Of a stretch of DNA of 64,000 nt, positions 27,100 to 40,102 are shown in pieces (position 1 is the stretch's first letter; each line of letters begins with the position of its first letter). Source of the DNA: Adineta vaga. Its lineage: Eukaryota > Animalia > Rotifera. The DNA is taken from assembly GCA_021613535.1 (NCBI GenBank), contig CP075493.1, forward strand, positions 3,348,001-3,412,000, given 5' to 3'. The translations under genes and the position numbers were made by a program. The notes under the pieces were generated by a model. The model was not told where the DNA came from. It saw nothing but the letters and a program-made list of their open reading frames with translations, and made no database searches.

Positions 27100-27666
27100 A
27101 TCAAAAGTTTCTATATTTTCTTTTCTGTTCGTTCGTTCATTCATTCATTTTGTATTATTATATAGAAGCATTATAGAACAAAATCAATTGAGTCCTTTTT
27201 TTCAAGATGAAAATTCTTTGACGAATCTTTATTTGACAAGTTTATCACTTGTACGTAATAAATTATTTTATAACTCTTCATTGGTCGTTTTAACATTGAT
27301 AAGAATCTTTCTATTCCAAAAATCATTGAATTCAAATCAAAACAAAAATTCTCTCGATTCAATCATAACTGACCACTAAATTGTTTATCGACGATCGTTT
27401 TTTTTCCTTCAAACAAATGCTTTGTACAATGCAGCTGAATTTTTATTTTAATACGGAACTTTATTTTCAATTTGTGTATATTTTTGTTTTCTCGATTGAA
27501 TCTTTGTATTCAGAAGAAAATATTGTTATATAGAATTTGAAGAGATTATGTTTTCTTTTTCTTTTTTTTAAGGAGTACAATCGATTGACTCTTTAAAAAA
27601 AATCACTAAGAGAGAAAAATGTTTGAAAGAATAAGAAATTCGATAAACGTCGAAACCGGATTTCCC

Positions 27667-27728
27667 AAAGCACGAAGTGCTCTAGTCAATAATATAAATC
27701 TACTAATTGACTGCGAACATTCGCGCTC
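27667..27728 (-). ncRNA. Candidate pre-miRNA of the miR-279/996 (miR-44/61/247) seed family; mature 3p UGACUAGAGCACUUCGUGCUUU (27688-27667)
   Basis: The minus-strand 5' arm GAGCGCGAAUGUUCGCAGUCAAU pairs (~21 bp, few bulges) with AUUGACUAGAGCACUUCGUGCUU around an AU-rich loop. The 3p arm starts UGACUAGA. It lies in a gene-free interval. Confidence 0.7.
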
Positions 27729-28757
27729 AGTGATGATAACCGGTGAAAATGTAAATAATGTGTAAAGTACATACCTCTCATCAATAGACCGTGACGAATA
27801 TTGTTGAAAATCGAGTAAAGAACTCTTCGAATATTTCTCATCCGTTCTAAGTCGATAAGAGTAATCAAATCTTGATAGAAAATGTATACGAATGAGAACG
27901 AAAAAGAAAATATGAATAGTCTGTTGAATGGATGTCCCATCGACGATGTGTCTCATTCTCTTTGCGATATGCATGTGCATATAATTGCATTAATTCATAT
28001 CGCTTCTTTTTCTTTCTCTCTTTCTCTCTCTCTTTTCATTTACTCAGCGACATTTCACCTTTTTCGTCGATGTCTACCTCTCTTTCTTTCTTTCTTTCTT
28101 TCTTTCCCTATTGTATGAAAAAACGTCCCCTTAGGCTACAACTAAAGAAAAGAAAACTGACTGACCAAAACGTTTTTAAAGTGAATAAATGAACAATTAA
28201 ACTCTTTATTCGTCGATGAGAAAAATGCCTCAAGGTAGATTCGTCCTATTCACTGGTCATTCAAGCAATGATAACAAATATCTTTTTTTCGTTACATGCC
28301 ATTACTAACGGACTATTTTTGAAAACAAAAAAAAGGAAAACGAACGAAGAGAAACCGAAAAAAACATACATACACGTCGAAAACCTTTTTTTTCCCGTCC
28401 ATCTGAAGAGCAAACATACACACACGCACTACGAAATAGACTCATCATCATCATCAACAACCGTTGAAAAGAAAACTAAGACAACAAGAAAGAGGAAAAG
28501 AAAAAAAAATCGAGAAAGCATGTCATCAGTACTCACCGGGTGTTCGTTTTCATTGTCAAACTTTGTCTCTCCATCTCTCTCTCTCTCTCTTTTTCTCTTT
28601 CTATTTACTATTCATATTTTTTCCTCTGTCTTCGATGTTCGTCGATGGTCAAATGTTTGCTTAGACAGGTAGTCACATGAAATAGCTTATTTCGTCCAAT
28701 TTTGTCGTTGTCAAAGCCTTATAATTGTACGTGTTCGTACACGCATACATATACACA

Positions 28758-28765
28758 TATAAAAG
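28758..28765 (+). promoter_or_regulatory. TATA box (TATAAAAG) upstream of an unassigned hairpin
   Basis: Consensus TATA with an Inr-like TTCAGC about 30 nt downstream. Confidence 0.35.
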
Positions 28766-29771
28766 AACTACTCTTGTTTCAGCAACATCACATACATATA
28801 CACGAATGCAAATAAAGCAATACATTTGCGTGCACATCGTAAATTGACCAGTGGATCACATCGATATAAACTGTGTATCCATGGTGTCTATTTGTCTGTC
28901 TGCTCTTATCGATGTACGAAAACGTTGGTAAGCAATATCAAAAACATAGGCAACGATAGTGGAAACAAAAAGAGAAAGAAAGAAGACGAAGAAAGTATGG
29001 CTGTAAATCGTTTTACTTTATCCAGACGACGACGACGACGAATGATGATGGCAGAAAAATCATGCACATATATGCTTCGTTTTTTCACTCTCCTCCATGT
29101 TTTGTTCCGTTTATAGTTACTTCAATTGTCAGTGTTATGTTGATTCAAATCTTATATGATAGTTAAAAGACAGAAGAAAAGAAAAAAACGAAAAAAAATT
29201 GAAACCTATGAAAATAATCGTTAGAGAATGAAGTATAACAAATAGTTCTTCTTATTCATAAAATCTATTTCTTATCAGATCAATAGAAACAAAACAGAAT
29301 GAAAAATCTAGAATTCAAAAAAATATACAATCGAAATCTAATCGGATTAATATAAAACATATGATAATCGTGCTATTGATATATTTAGCAGTGCAATTTA
29401 ATAGTTTCATTTTATATTTTTGTTATTGTATCATCATATAGATGTAAATTACGCTCAACATGAGCTATTGAATTGTCTAAATGAATGAGAATTATGTAAA
29501 ACTATTTGTAATTTTAAAGTGGCTGCTGATCAAAAATGAAGAATGCACGTATGAAAACGATCAATTACAATCGTTACTGATACTAGTATACTCACATGTG
29601 TTTAGTAATCGATAAATTTCATGAAAGATTACAGAAATCGTGCAATACGGTTCGATTATACGATCTTGTTTTTTATTTCTGCTGTTAATCATGTAAAATT
29701 TACAAAGTTTTAAAAAAATAAGCTCATTTTATTATCATTTTTTCTCTACAAATATACATTAGTGTTTTTGT

Positions 29772-31961
29772 TCAAAACCGGCTGGTTGGTTCATTCATTA
29801 TAATAATAGAATCACTATCATCCGAATCTGGTCCATTTGGATTATCTATTCCACCTTGATACTCTCCGTCTGCATTGTCAATTGTATCTTCGTCCATTGA
29901 ACTACTTAAATCATTATCCAGCGGTGCCAGCGGTTTTTCTTTTGTTCCTTCAAGTGCTGCTTCGAGACGTTTACCTGTATATAATTCTTTTAATTCACGA
30001 CGTATTAAACTTGTTATAATCGTTGATAAAAGTATACAAGGTACAATGTACAATAAAGCTGGTTGAGCAGTATTCATTAAATAAAGTGCAACATGTGTCA
30101 AAGCTAAACCAACAAAATAAGATATTACTGATTGAAGGTAATATATAGGCCAACGATTTGCACTAGCTATATCAAATATTTTACAAAATGTTAAAAGAAT
30201 ACCCTAAAAATAAGATTGATTCGGTGAAAAAATGAACATTTTTTAATAAGATATCTTTACCGGTAAGATGATATCACCAAAGCCAAGCATTGATTTTCGT
30301 ACTGTAACACATGGATCAATTTCTGATTCTGGTATAAACATTGGTAGGGCAAAGAGAAGTGGAACAGATTCACCATTGGCTCCAATTCCTAATGCAACTT
30401 GTTCCATAACTGATGGAGTTCTTGTTGATTTTCGTGATATTGTTCGACTACCCAATGAACTACCAGATGGTGCAGCAGTAACTGAACTTGAAGTTGTTGA
30501 AGATTTTTGAAATATTGGTATATATGGTGTAATAAAAACAAAGAAAATATCATAGAGAAAAAAGACGACTAAGATAATTGTAATAACACGCATATTTCCA
30601 AGTCGATAGATCGATGTTACTGTAATGCAAACAGCTGCACCAAGAATATCTTGTAAAACCCATGCCCAATCACTGTGACGATAGACAAACCAAATGACAA
30701 CAAGTGTTAAGGAAATTGACATAGCTAAGATTGTAATGAAATTCAATGGACCTATTGTACATGTACATGGTTTACGAAATGTATGTGGCGAAATTTGATA
30801 ACGACGAAGAATAGGAACAAAATAACTTAAACGATTGAAACATCGTGTTAAACTTGAAAATGCACTGATACAAAACATAGCTAAAAAAATGAAGGAAATA
30901 AATCAATCAATTTATCTTGTTTTGTTGTGTTTAGCAACATTTACTACGGTTAACATTCTTCTATTTATATTTCTGTATAGATTTGAACTGATTATAGACG
31001 ATTATTTATCGGTGATAGATTACAATTTAGTTTCTAACAATCAGAAATTCTTTTTCAAATAAACAAAGCAAGTATTGAATTAATTACCTTGTAAAATATG
31101 AATCATAACTTGAGGAAAGAAATATAATAATAGTAACCATCCAACAGCAAAAACAATCATAAGAACAATAAAACAACAGGTCATGGGAAGAATAGCTAAT
31201 CCTTTTTCTTCTGAATCATTATTTAATCGTGGTGAATTTTGTTTAGGTACAATTTGTACTGGTACTGTTCTATCGACTCGTGGTGTAGAATCAGCACTTG
31301 ATGGTTGACTACTCAAAATAGCATTAGAATCTTTCATATTTTTCTTAAATTCATCTGCTGCCCAGAAATTTCCACAAAGTAAAACAACGAAAACTAATAA
31401 AAACATTAATAAAATTGCTGGACGAAATTTTCTCGATGTATCCACTGGATAATCAATTGATAATTTAATATTATTCAAAGTTTCAAAACGATTTTTCATA
31501 CTATTAAAATCTGTACTTAAAAACATCAATACTGGAATACTAACAGGCATTGTTGTTGAATTATATGTTAATTCATAACTAGTATCTTTTCGTTCTGTAA
31601 TTATCATAAGAGCAATTTGTGAATATCGTTGTTCAATATTCCAAGATTGTTCAGTCATTGTACATGCATGTTCATAAATGATCAGCATAGTTTTTGAAGG
31701 CAATGAACTTGGTAAAGAATTATTTAGATTAGTTAGATTACAAGCATTGATAGTTGTTGATAATAAATAAGGTGTATACCATCCAAAATCTGTAATATTT
31801 ACTGTTTGACCATTAGGTAATTTAGCCAGTTCAATACAATAACGATAATCTTCTGATGCTGTATTTGAATGAACAAGTAAATTGATTGCTTCATCCGTAT
31901 AACAATGAACAACCGGGTAGCATAAGAAGAGAAAAAATATGCTAATTATTTTTACCGTCAT
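29772..31961 (-). CDS. SPPL2: Signal peptide peptidase-like 2 (GxGD aspartyl intramembrane protease)
   Basis: Signal peptide, PA-like ectodomain, WVLQDILG, LYDIFFVFITP (YD), MLGFGDIILP (GxGD), AQPALLYIVP. Three exons. Confidence 0.93.
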
Positions 31962-32551
31962 TTATCTAAATGAAAGAATGAGTGAAGAGAAAAAACATGA
32001 GCTGATTCTTTGCTTCTTTCACGTCCTTTTTCTGCCGCTTTCTTCATTTTTCTTCTCTTCTCTCTTTCTCAAAGATTTCTTTTTATTTTTCTTCGAATTT
32101 CTCAGCTGTCTATTCTAAGTGCACTATGTAATGTTGTTATTTTTTTCTTCTTCTTGCTTTTGTTATTATGTCAAATTAGAGTTCGTCACGCATTAACGTC
32201 TTATTGTTATTCGTTTTCAACAAAAATATTTTCGAACTAAGATATACAAAATAACATCTAAACATTCCTAATTCGTAATTGTTAATAAAAAAAGAACAAC
32301 CAAGAAGAAAAGAGAGGAAAAAAAAGGTAATATTACAAATCAAATTCATGAATTTTTGTTTCGTTCTGTTCTTGTTTGTCAGAAGAAGAAAAAAAAAGAA
32401 TCATTGGATACTGAATTTTTATTTGCCAACTAGTTTTTATTGTTCATCTACAGTCTTATTAACTTTACTATATCAAGGTCAACAAAAGAAAACGAGAGAA
32501 CGAAATAGTTACTCATTTATACGTTCAGAGGACACGTACATATACATAGAA

Positions 32552-32552
<1 letters not shown>

Positions 32553-32582
<30 letters not shown>

Positions 32583-32583
32583 G
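32553..32583. repeat. (GAA)n microsatellite in the divergent promoter/5'UTR
   Basis: About 10 tandem GAA units. Confidence 0.85.
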
Positions 32584-32635
32584 AGAAAGGTCGAATTTTA
32601 CGACTGTCTTATTTAAACTTCTCTATACATACACA

Positions 32636-35600
32636 ATGAGACAGATTTTCACTCTTTTAATCTTTATTTATTTGCCAAAATATATCGAACAACAAACCTA
32701 TTCATCTCTACGTCAAGATCCATTTGAATATTTTCAAAAACTTACACGAGATATTCAAAATTATCCTCAGTGTGATTTGATTCCACCATTTAAAATTCAA
32801 TTGGATTCAACTTTTTTCGATATTGATTTAAGACAATGGCAACGAAAGAAAAATCCTCCACCAATACATCGAACACTCGAAGCTTTCGTTCAATTAGATA
32901 CATTGAGACAGAGTACTTATTTTAGTCATATTCTACAAGGCAATAGTCAAGCAAATGTACCAGGTAAATGGAAACGAAATTCAATCGACTAAGTAGATAC
33001 ATATACGGAATCTTCAATATACATGCAGCCAAGTATTTGAGTATCAATTGAAACTAGAGCTTGAATCAATGTTAGTTTTAGATATATGTGAAATCTGACT
33101 AGTGTAATTAGAAATAACAATATGTTGAATTACTCAACAATTCTTTCGTCATCCGATTGTTTTTCTTTATTTTTTTAGGAATTCTTTACTTTTATCTTTC
33201 TGCTGCTGCACAATTACATACACTCAAACAATTGAGTCTCGTTCATGGTAAATCTATTGAGACAATTCAAACTGTTCGTTATGCATTTGATTCAAATGAA
33301 GTCTTTCGTGTACCTTGGTATAAAGTTGGTGGTAGTTTTATGAATTTTGAACGGCCATTTGGTGTTTATGCTTTTACAACTGAATCTCCTCAACATCTTT
33401 CAATAGTTGATATTGGTGTTGGATCATCTGCAACAAATGATTATACAATACGATTCTTTGAACATTTCAATCGTGTTTACAATAATCCATTGAAAAGTTT
33501 TCGTACTTATCATGAGTATTTTAATGCATTAATACAAACATGGTTAACACGTACACGACCTGATCAAGATGATTTAGCTGATTGGGGAAAAGAAACGAAA
33601 GATTACAATAATCTCTTACAATATGAAAATTATTTTCCATTACCATACCGATCTGTACCACAACCTGAACGAACTGATATTACTGATAAACAATCCGAAT
33701 TTAATCCTGTTTTTCCCTATGCTGATCTTGTTTATGAATATTATCGTGATCGAAATTATTATCGATATGCACGAGGATGGTTTCTTAATCATACACAAGC
33801 TGAAACAAATCAATATATGTATGTTGTAGATAGTATGATTATCTTTTGATTTCAAATTTTTTTCAGGTTATCATTTGGAATTTTACCTGATCGAATTCAA
33901 CGAAATGTTTTATTACCTATGTTTGAACAAAGTCGATGGACAGGACCTTACATTTATTGTCCATTAAAACCGAAAGAATGGCTTGTATCGTCGATTCAAC
34001 CAATTTGGGCAGCAAATCATTTTAATTATAAAAATCCACTTTCTTTTCAAAATAATCGTCGTTATAAGTAAGTGATTAACAAATTTTTCTTTGGAAAAAT
34101 TCAAGTTTTTTTTCTTCTGTAAAAGTTATGCTGGTGTTACGAATGTTGAACTTGCTTATACACAACTAGATGTAAATCAATGTCCTGGTGATCACATACG
34201 TAATGTTTATGCAAATTCAGCTGTATGCGATCGAAATGCTTATGTACGTAATTTACATTTTTAATATTTTTTATAACTTTTTCATACACGTCGCATTCAA
34301 CATTCTGATTAATTTATTGAAAGTATCTATGATAATTATGAAATCTTTTACTTGTTTTAGTGTGAACCTATTCCTGGCTTTAATTTACAAAGTGGTGGTT
34401 ATCAATGTTCATGTCATCCAAACTTTCGTTATCCATCGAATGTTCAAACACCATTTCGACCTGCAGTTAATAAATTCATTTCTCGATCTCCACCAATATG
34501 TCAACCTGTTCGACTTCTTACACAATATCCTACATGGCAACTTGAACGATCGAAACGTCATCAAAATCGTCGTTCAATTGCTCGACCAAATTTATTTGAA
34601 AAACTTCGTTCATTAATCTTTAATCGTCCATCAACATGTCCACCATGGTCACATATTGGAATGTTACCTGATGAACAAAATGATGATGAAAATATACGAT
34701 TTATTAATGATTTAACTCGACATGTTGATCGAATTGCTCGACCATTTACATTACAAGCTGTACGAATAGCTCATTTATTTTCTAGTTATTTAGCATTGTA
34801 TCGACCTGATCGAGATCCAGCAAATGATGGTTTTCTTGATCGTCGTCCTGATCCGCCATTAACGGAGCAATGGCTTGAAGCAGAAATTATGAGTACTGGT
34901 TTAGCATATTCACAATTATTAGAAGTTGGAATCTATTTAAATGGTTCTGAATATGAACGACAAAATCCATTTCAACAACGAGGTGAACCATTGGAAGGAC
35001 AAAATGAATTTGGTTACCGAACGAGTGTTTTTCGACAGATGAATTATGGTTTAGCTTTCATTCGTTTTGATAATAATGAAGAGAAATATATTCTTAATCG
35101 AACATTAGATGGCAGTTATTTAAATGAAGGTAGTTGGTATGATAAAGCAATGCTCATGAGAAGTAATATTGAAACTGCAAGATATAGTGTATCGATGGCA
35201 ATGCGAAGAGATATACTTGGAACACAATTAATTAAATTACCAGAATTATTATATGATGCACCAACAACAGGTATTTGGTAAGTAATTTAAATTATCAAAT
35301 TTATGAATATTACAATGAAACTATCATCTAGGTTTGGTCCATATCATGATTGTTCATTTAAAAAATCAACGCCAAACAGTATGGTGCGTTGGCGTTATTC
35401 AGTACCAATTTTTAAAGAACTAGCTCGTTTACCTGTTGGTTTTGTTTCGATTGTTTTCGGATCAAATCTTCGTTGGTATTCTATCAATCCATGTGATGCG
35501 ACGATTGGTGTAAATATATACAATCCATTTCAAGGCTTACATAAATGTCATCGTGAAACAACGGAATGTCAATATCAAACTATTCCTGAAGAAGAAACAG

Positions 35601-35875
35601 GTTTCGATTTAGCTAGTTATCGATGTGTATGTAAATCTGGTTATGAATATCCATTTGGTTCTATGAAAAATTATTTCGATGGTGCTATTATTGAACGTGA
35701 ACATTCGAAAATGTTACGCGGAGAAATCAATGCTTATGAAAATATGCAATGTCGACCAATCGATCAAGAATTAGAGCCAAGATATTTTCTGTCAGATACT
35801 ATTCGACTTCAATATTCTAGTTTCGTCTGCTATTATTTGCTTTTCATACGATTAATTTCGTTCTTTTTCAAATAA
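32636..35875 (+). CDS. Secreted/anchored protein with two GPR158/GPR179-like Cache+EGF ectodomain modules and no 7TM
   Basis: Signal peptide. Module 1: RWTGPYIYC...DVNQCPG...CEPIPGF...GGYQCSCHPNFRYP. Linker with RSKR. Module 2: WFGPYHDC...INPC...HKCHRETTEC...GFDLASYRCVCKSGYEYP. Hydrophobic C-terminus. About six exons. Confidence 0.7.
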
Positions 35876-36253
35876 ATATTCATCATGATGGATTTTTTTT
35901 TCAGGAACAATTATTTATTTTGTTCTATATATATATTTAATACAAAGAAATCAAATGCTTCATTACAAATACAGGAAAGAAAAGAAAAACAAGAAAAAAA
36001 CAGTTAGCAGATATATATATATATTATGCTTTTTTTTCTTCTTCGCTTCCATCGAGGCTTTTTTTTATACTAGTAGAAGTGGCAGTAAAAAGAGAAATGG
36101 CAACATACACCGACACTTAGAGAGTAACAAATAACTGCACTCGTGAGCTCGATTTTGCGTTCTTCTCAACTCTGTCTTGTCATTTGTTGACATAGTTACA
36201 GACTCGTCGTTTCCTAAGAGATCATAAATTGAACAATTTGTTTTCTTTTTCAG

Positions 36254-36895
36254 ATGACTTCATCATCGATTATTGAAATTGTTCCATTATCATCTGAACA
36301 TCGTCAAGCAGTTATTAATCTATTGATGAGTTCTTTTTTTATACAAGAACCTTTAAATGCAATGCTCAAATTCGATATTCCTCATGAACCATTAGAATGG
36401 GTTGATCAAATCGTTGATGGATCTCTTCGTGATCAATGCTCATTTGTTGCTATCGATATGGATACATCGCAACAAGATGTTGTTGGTGTTATACTGAATG
36501 GAATTAGTCATCGTTCATCCAACGAAGAATCAACAGTTTTTTCATCCGAAAAATTAGCTTTTATATTTTCATTAATTGATAAAGTTTCACAAGGTCATAA
36601 TCTATTTGATTTATATCAAACAGATCGTTTATTTCATTGTGATATTATTAATGTTGATGAAAGACAACGTGGTCATAATTTAAGTGCCAAATTAATTAAA
36701 ATTTCATTGGATAAAGCACGTGATCTAGGTATTAAAGGTGGATATGTGGTTTGTTCAAGTTTATTTTCAAGAAAAGCTTTTATGCGTCAAGGTTTTGAAG
36801 TTATCAATGAAATTTCATATGCAGAACATGGAAATGGAAGATTAATGGATATGGGTATACATGATCGATGTACTTTATTAGCAAGAAAATTATAA
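36254..36895 (+). CDS. AANAT: Insect-type arylalkylamine/dopamine N-acetyltransferase (GNAT)
   Basis: FFIQEPLN, VVGVILNG, INVDERQRGHNLSAKL (acetyl-CoA motif A), SSLFSRKAF...GFE. Single coding exon. Confidence 0.85.
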   Translation: MTSSSIIEIVPLSSEHRQAVINLLMSSFFIQEPLNAMLKFDIPHEPLEWVDQIVDGSLRDQCSFVAIDMDTSQQDVVGVILNGISHRSSNEESTVFSSEKLAFIFSLIDKVSQGHNLFDLYQTDRLFHCDIINVDERQRGHNLSAKLIKISLDKARDLGIKGGYVVCSSLFSRKAFMRQGFEVINEISYAEHGNGRLMDMGIHDRCTLLARKL

Positions 36896-37431
36896 AATGA
36901 TTGATGTAGTATATTATAGAACACAAACTTAGTTTTTCATTATATATTTCGATGAATTTTACTCTGAATTCGATTGTATTGTTACTGCGAATGCAATGCA
37001 TCTAATTGTTTATTTTTTGTGCGTGAAATTTTTTATTGGTTAGACTTATGTCCTTGTCCGCTCGGTACATTTTATATATATAATCTCGAAAGATCTACAT
37101 ATCAATCATGTGATGTAGAACAATTAATATACCCGTAAATGATCGGTTTTATCGAATACGATAGTAGCGTTTTAAAATAATCAATTGATTCTTTATCGTG
37201 CCGTGTACCATAAAAAATAAAGTCTTAGACGTGTCATATCACTATCATCTTCTCTGTAGAGAGATACTTTGATCGTATTAGGATCATAGACAAACTGTCA
37301 TCCAGCGGCCTCTGTTATATGTACAACGTATGAAAAAAAATAACCTAAGAGGTTTTCAAGTCTTCGAAATGGCAAATAAGCATTTTCGATACTTTGATTA
37401 GTAGTGATTTAATTGATTTTTCAAGATCAAT

Positions 37432-38013
37432 ATGAGTTTTTCTCCCAAAATTTTCACATCACTATCAGAATTAACTGAAAATCCAAAATTAAATCGTTAT
37501 GATCCACATTTATGTAAAGATATTCATATTCAACTCGATAGAGAAGCACGAAAACAAGGTTTAAGTTATGAAGAACGTTTTGAGATGGTTTGATAAATAC
37601 GAAAGAAACTTTCTTTTCTTTATCGATTGTGTCTTATTGAAATTTAGGCTAGAAAGAATTTGACAGTGTTTGATAAATGGTCATCCATATTTCCTGTTGG
37701 CATATCACAATGTTTACAAGAATATTGGAAAGAACGAGTTAACAGTGCACCACTTGATCCACGTTTTCCAAACGTAAATCAAACAAAGTAAAACAAAAAA
37801 GAAAGATGATGTTCAATTATTTCTTTCTATTCGAAATTGTTTAGACGATGTTGGGTAAATTATGTTGATTATCATCGTTGTATGGAATTGAAAAATGATG
37901 AGAAAATTTGTGGATATTTCAAACATCTTTATAAAGATCTATGTCCAGCTGAATGGGTTAGTAAATGGGATGATCAAGTGGAACGTGAAGTTTTTGCTGG
38001 TATTCATGACTGA
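37432..38013 (+). CDS. COX6B: Cytochrome c oxidase subunit 6B with N-terminal extension (154 aa)
   Basis: Exons 37432-37587, 37648-37787 and 37845-38013. [26 protein letters not shown]...CGYFKHLYKDLCPAEWVSKWDDQ. Missed by the ORF track. Confidence 0.9.
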
Positions 38014-38171
38014 AAACATTTCTTGTGAATCATGTTTTTTTTTCTATTCAATTATGCAATTTTCTTTCTTTTTCATACAGCAATAGAAATATTCTTTGTT
38101 CGATGTTTAATAATACTCATGTATAGATATATATATATATATAAACTTCATGTATTTCTAGATAACAAATC

Positions 38172-38572
38172 ATGAGTAGTAAGAAAGCATTAGCTGCTAT
38201 TCAAACAATGAAAATTATCTATGGCTCACAAGGAAGACAAAATATTCTTCCTTATCATTATCTTGGGTAAATCAATTTTCATTTTGGAATTTGTTTGAAG
38301 TTTATATACATATATTTAGTATGGTTTATCGTACTCCGTGGCGATTTTGGTATTCAAATTCGCAAGTATTTCGATGGTTTTCACGTATAATGTTAGTTGC
38401 TTTTACTGCATCAATTTATTTACCATTACGAGGTGTCGATCTATCCTATACACCTTATACAATTGTTCATCATCAATTGGATCATAAATTTGGTCATTGG
38501 ATTGAAGAAATGCGGTATCCAGTAGACGAAAAACGTGTAGAAGAATATAAAAAAACACATGGAATGAAATAA
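38172..38572 (+). CDS. Small single-TM protein, possibly mitochondrial (weakly like Drosophila roh/CG30415)
   Basis: Exon 1 MSSKKALAAIQ...PYHYLG joins in frame to MVYRTPWRFWYSNSQVFRWFSRIMLVAFTASIYL. The resemblance is from memory only. Confidence 0.6.
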
Positions 38573-39699
38573 ATTGACTTGTTTCACTTTCTCCTATTTC
38601 AATTTTTCCGTTCATAGATCATCATTCGATTCATATTCTCTCTTCCTCTCAAACTTTGTATCACTCCCAAATTTTTATTTTTTTTATAAGTGATGCTGAA
38701 ACATCATTTCATAGAATAAAAACGAAATAGTCATGTTATTTTCATATAATATGAAATTAAAGACAAGTTCACATATACTTTCAATCGTCATGAATTACTT
38801 CTGTCAAAATCTTCTATCTATGAACGAATAAACGTTATTGTTTCATTATTTTAGGAAAATTTTTCAATCCTTATCAAAATATACAAGTAGATTAGTCTGT
38901 TCATGTTCAAATTCTAATTGAAACATCGTTCTTTTCATGATAAATCACTGTAAACGAAGAACTATTCTATTATTTATTTCTATCACTCATCACATTCAAT
39001 TCTGTTCTTTTTCATCTTTTTTTTTCTCTTACCGATTCGATCACAATCATGATAAACTGATCCTATCTACATTCTACTAATTGTGATCTTAACTGATAAA
39101 TCACAAGCGATTGAACTACACGTAATAGTTAACATTTTCAGTCTCAATCGAGAAAAACACATCTGTATAAGTACACTTAAATCATGTGATGATATAAGAG
39201 CTTGTTTGATAGACACTTGCACTAAGAAACATGAAAGTGCTATCCAAAAAAGAAAAAAAGACGAGAGAGAACATGTTTAGTATACTATTAGTAAGACTTA
39301 ACAATAAGCTTACAGTATTATTGAATACTCCAGAAGTGATGCTTAGGAATCGTTTTTTCTTCAAATATGAACAAAAAAAAATTGAAGATCTTCTTGAACA
39401 GTTGTCTTTTTTTCTCATATACTCAATAACAGTTTAATATATTTTTAAAAAGACACAAGCTCCTTTTTTTCATATATATATATATTCATACAACACAGAC
39501 ACTCAACGAAAATTGCTTCTTTTTTTTCTTCGTCAGACATCAATAAAAGCTTGTCGTGCACACGACTAATTAAAAAACTTTGCCACCGTCCGTCCGTTTC
39601 TTGTTCCATAATAATAGTATTGTATATGTCTACTCTCTTCTCTCTTCGCTCGCGCGCGTATTCTCTCTCCGGAAAGAGAATATGCCATACATACATATA

Positions 39700-39860
39700 T
39701 ATTAAGAGAAAGAGACAGAGAAAGAAACATTTCTCTCTGTGCAAATGAACACATTTCATTGCGAAGAGAGAGAGAGAGAGGAGAGAAGAGTCAAGAAGGG
39801 ATTAAACAGAGAAAAAGAGAGAGAGAGAGAACTCATCATTGGTAGAAAGAGAAAACTCAT
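39700..39860 (+). promoter_or_regulatory. GA-repeat-rich promoter/5'UTR region of netrin
   Basis: Multiple (GA)n tracts upstream of a 5'UTR intron. Similar tracts precede CELF (10105-10135). Confidence 0.35.
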
Positions 39861-40102
39861 TTTCTGTTGTTATTGCTCTACATGTATGTTTCTTCTGTTA
39901 AAAATCAAAAAGAATTAAATCATTTTTCATTCTCTTTCATAAATCAGTTGTAGTTCTATAAGATGTAAGTTATATGTCAATAACTATAGAACTTCTTCTT
40001 CTTCTTTTGTAAATTAACATATCAAATATTCATTCTTTGATCTTTGTATTTATTTTAGGATCTAAAATCGTTTTTTTCTCTTTCTCGCACGAACTGTTCT
40101 CC

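Noticed and set aside
27727-27800. miR-36-like (UCACCGGU) and miR-2-like (UCACGGUC..UUGAUGAG) strings beside the miR-279-like hairpin
   Set aside because: Imperfect seeds and only heavily bulged pairing.
28533-28554. TCACCGGGTG (miR-36-like seed) on + strand
   Set aside because: The upstream sequence is an A-rich run that does not pair with the seed, so there is no proper pre-miRNA stem.
27606-29116. Several 60-130 aa ORFs on both strands
   Set aside because: Low-complexity translations of CT/GA/poly-A tracts with no motifs or splice support.
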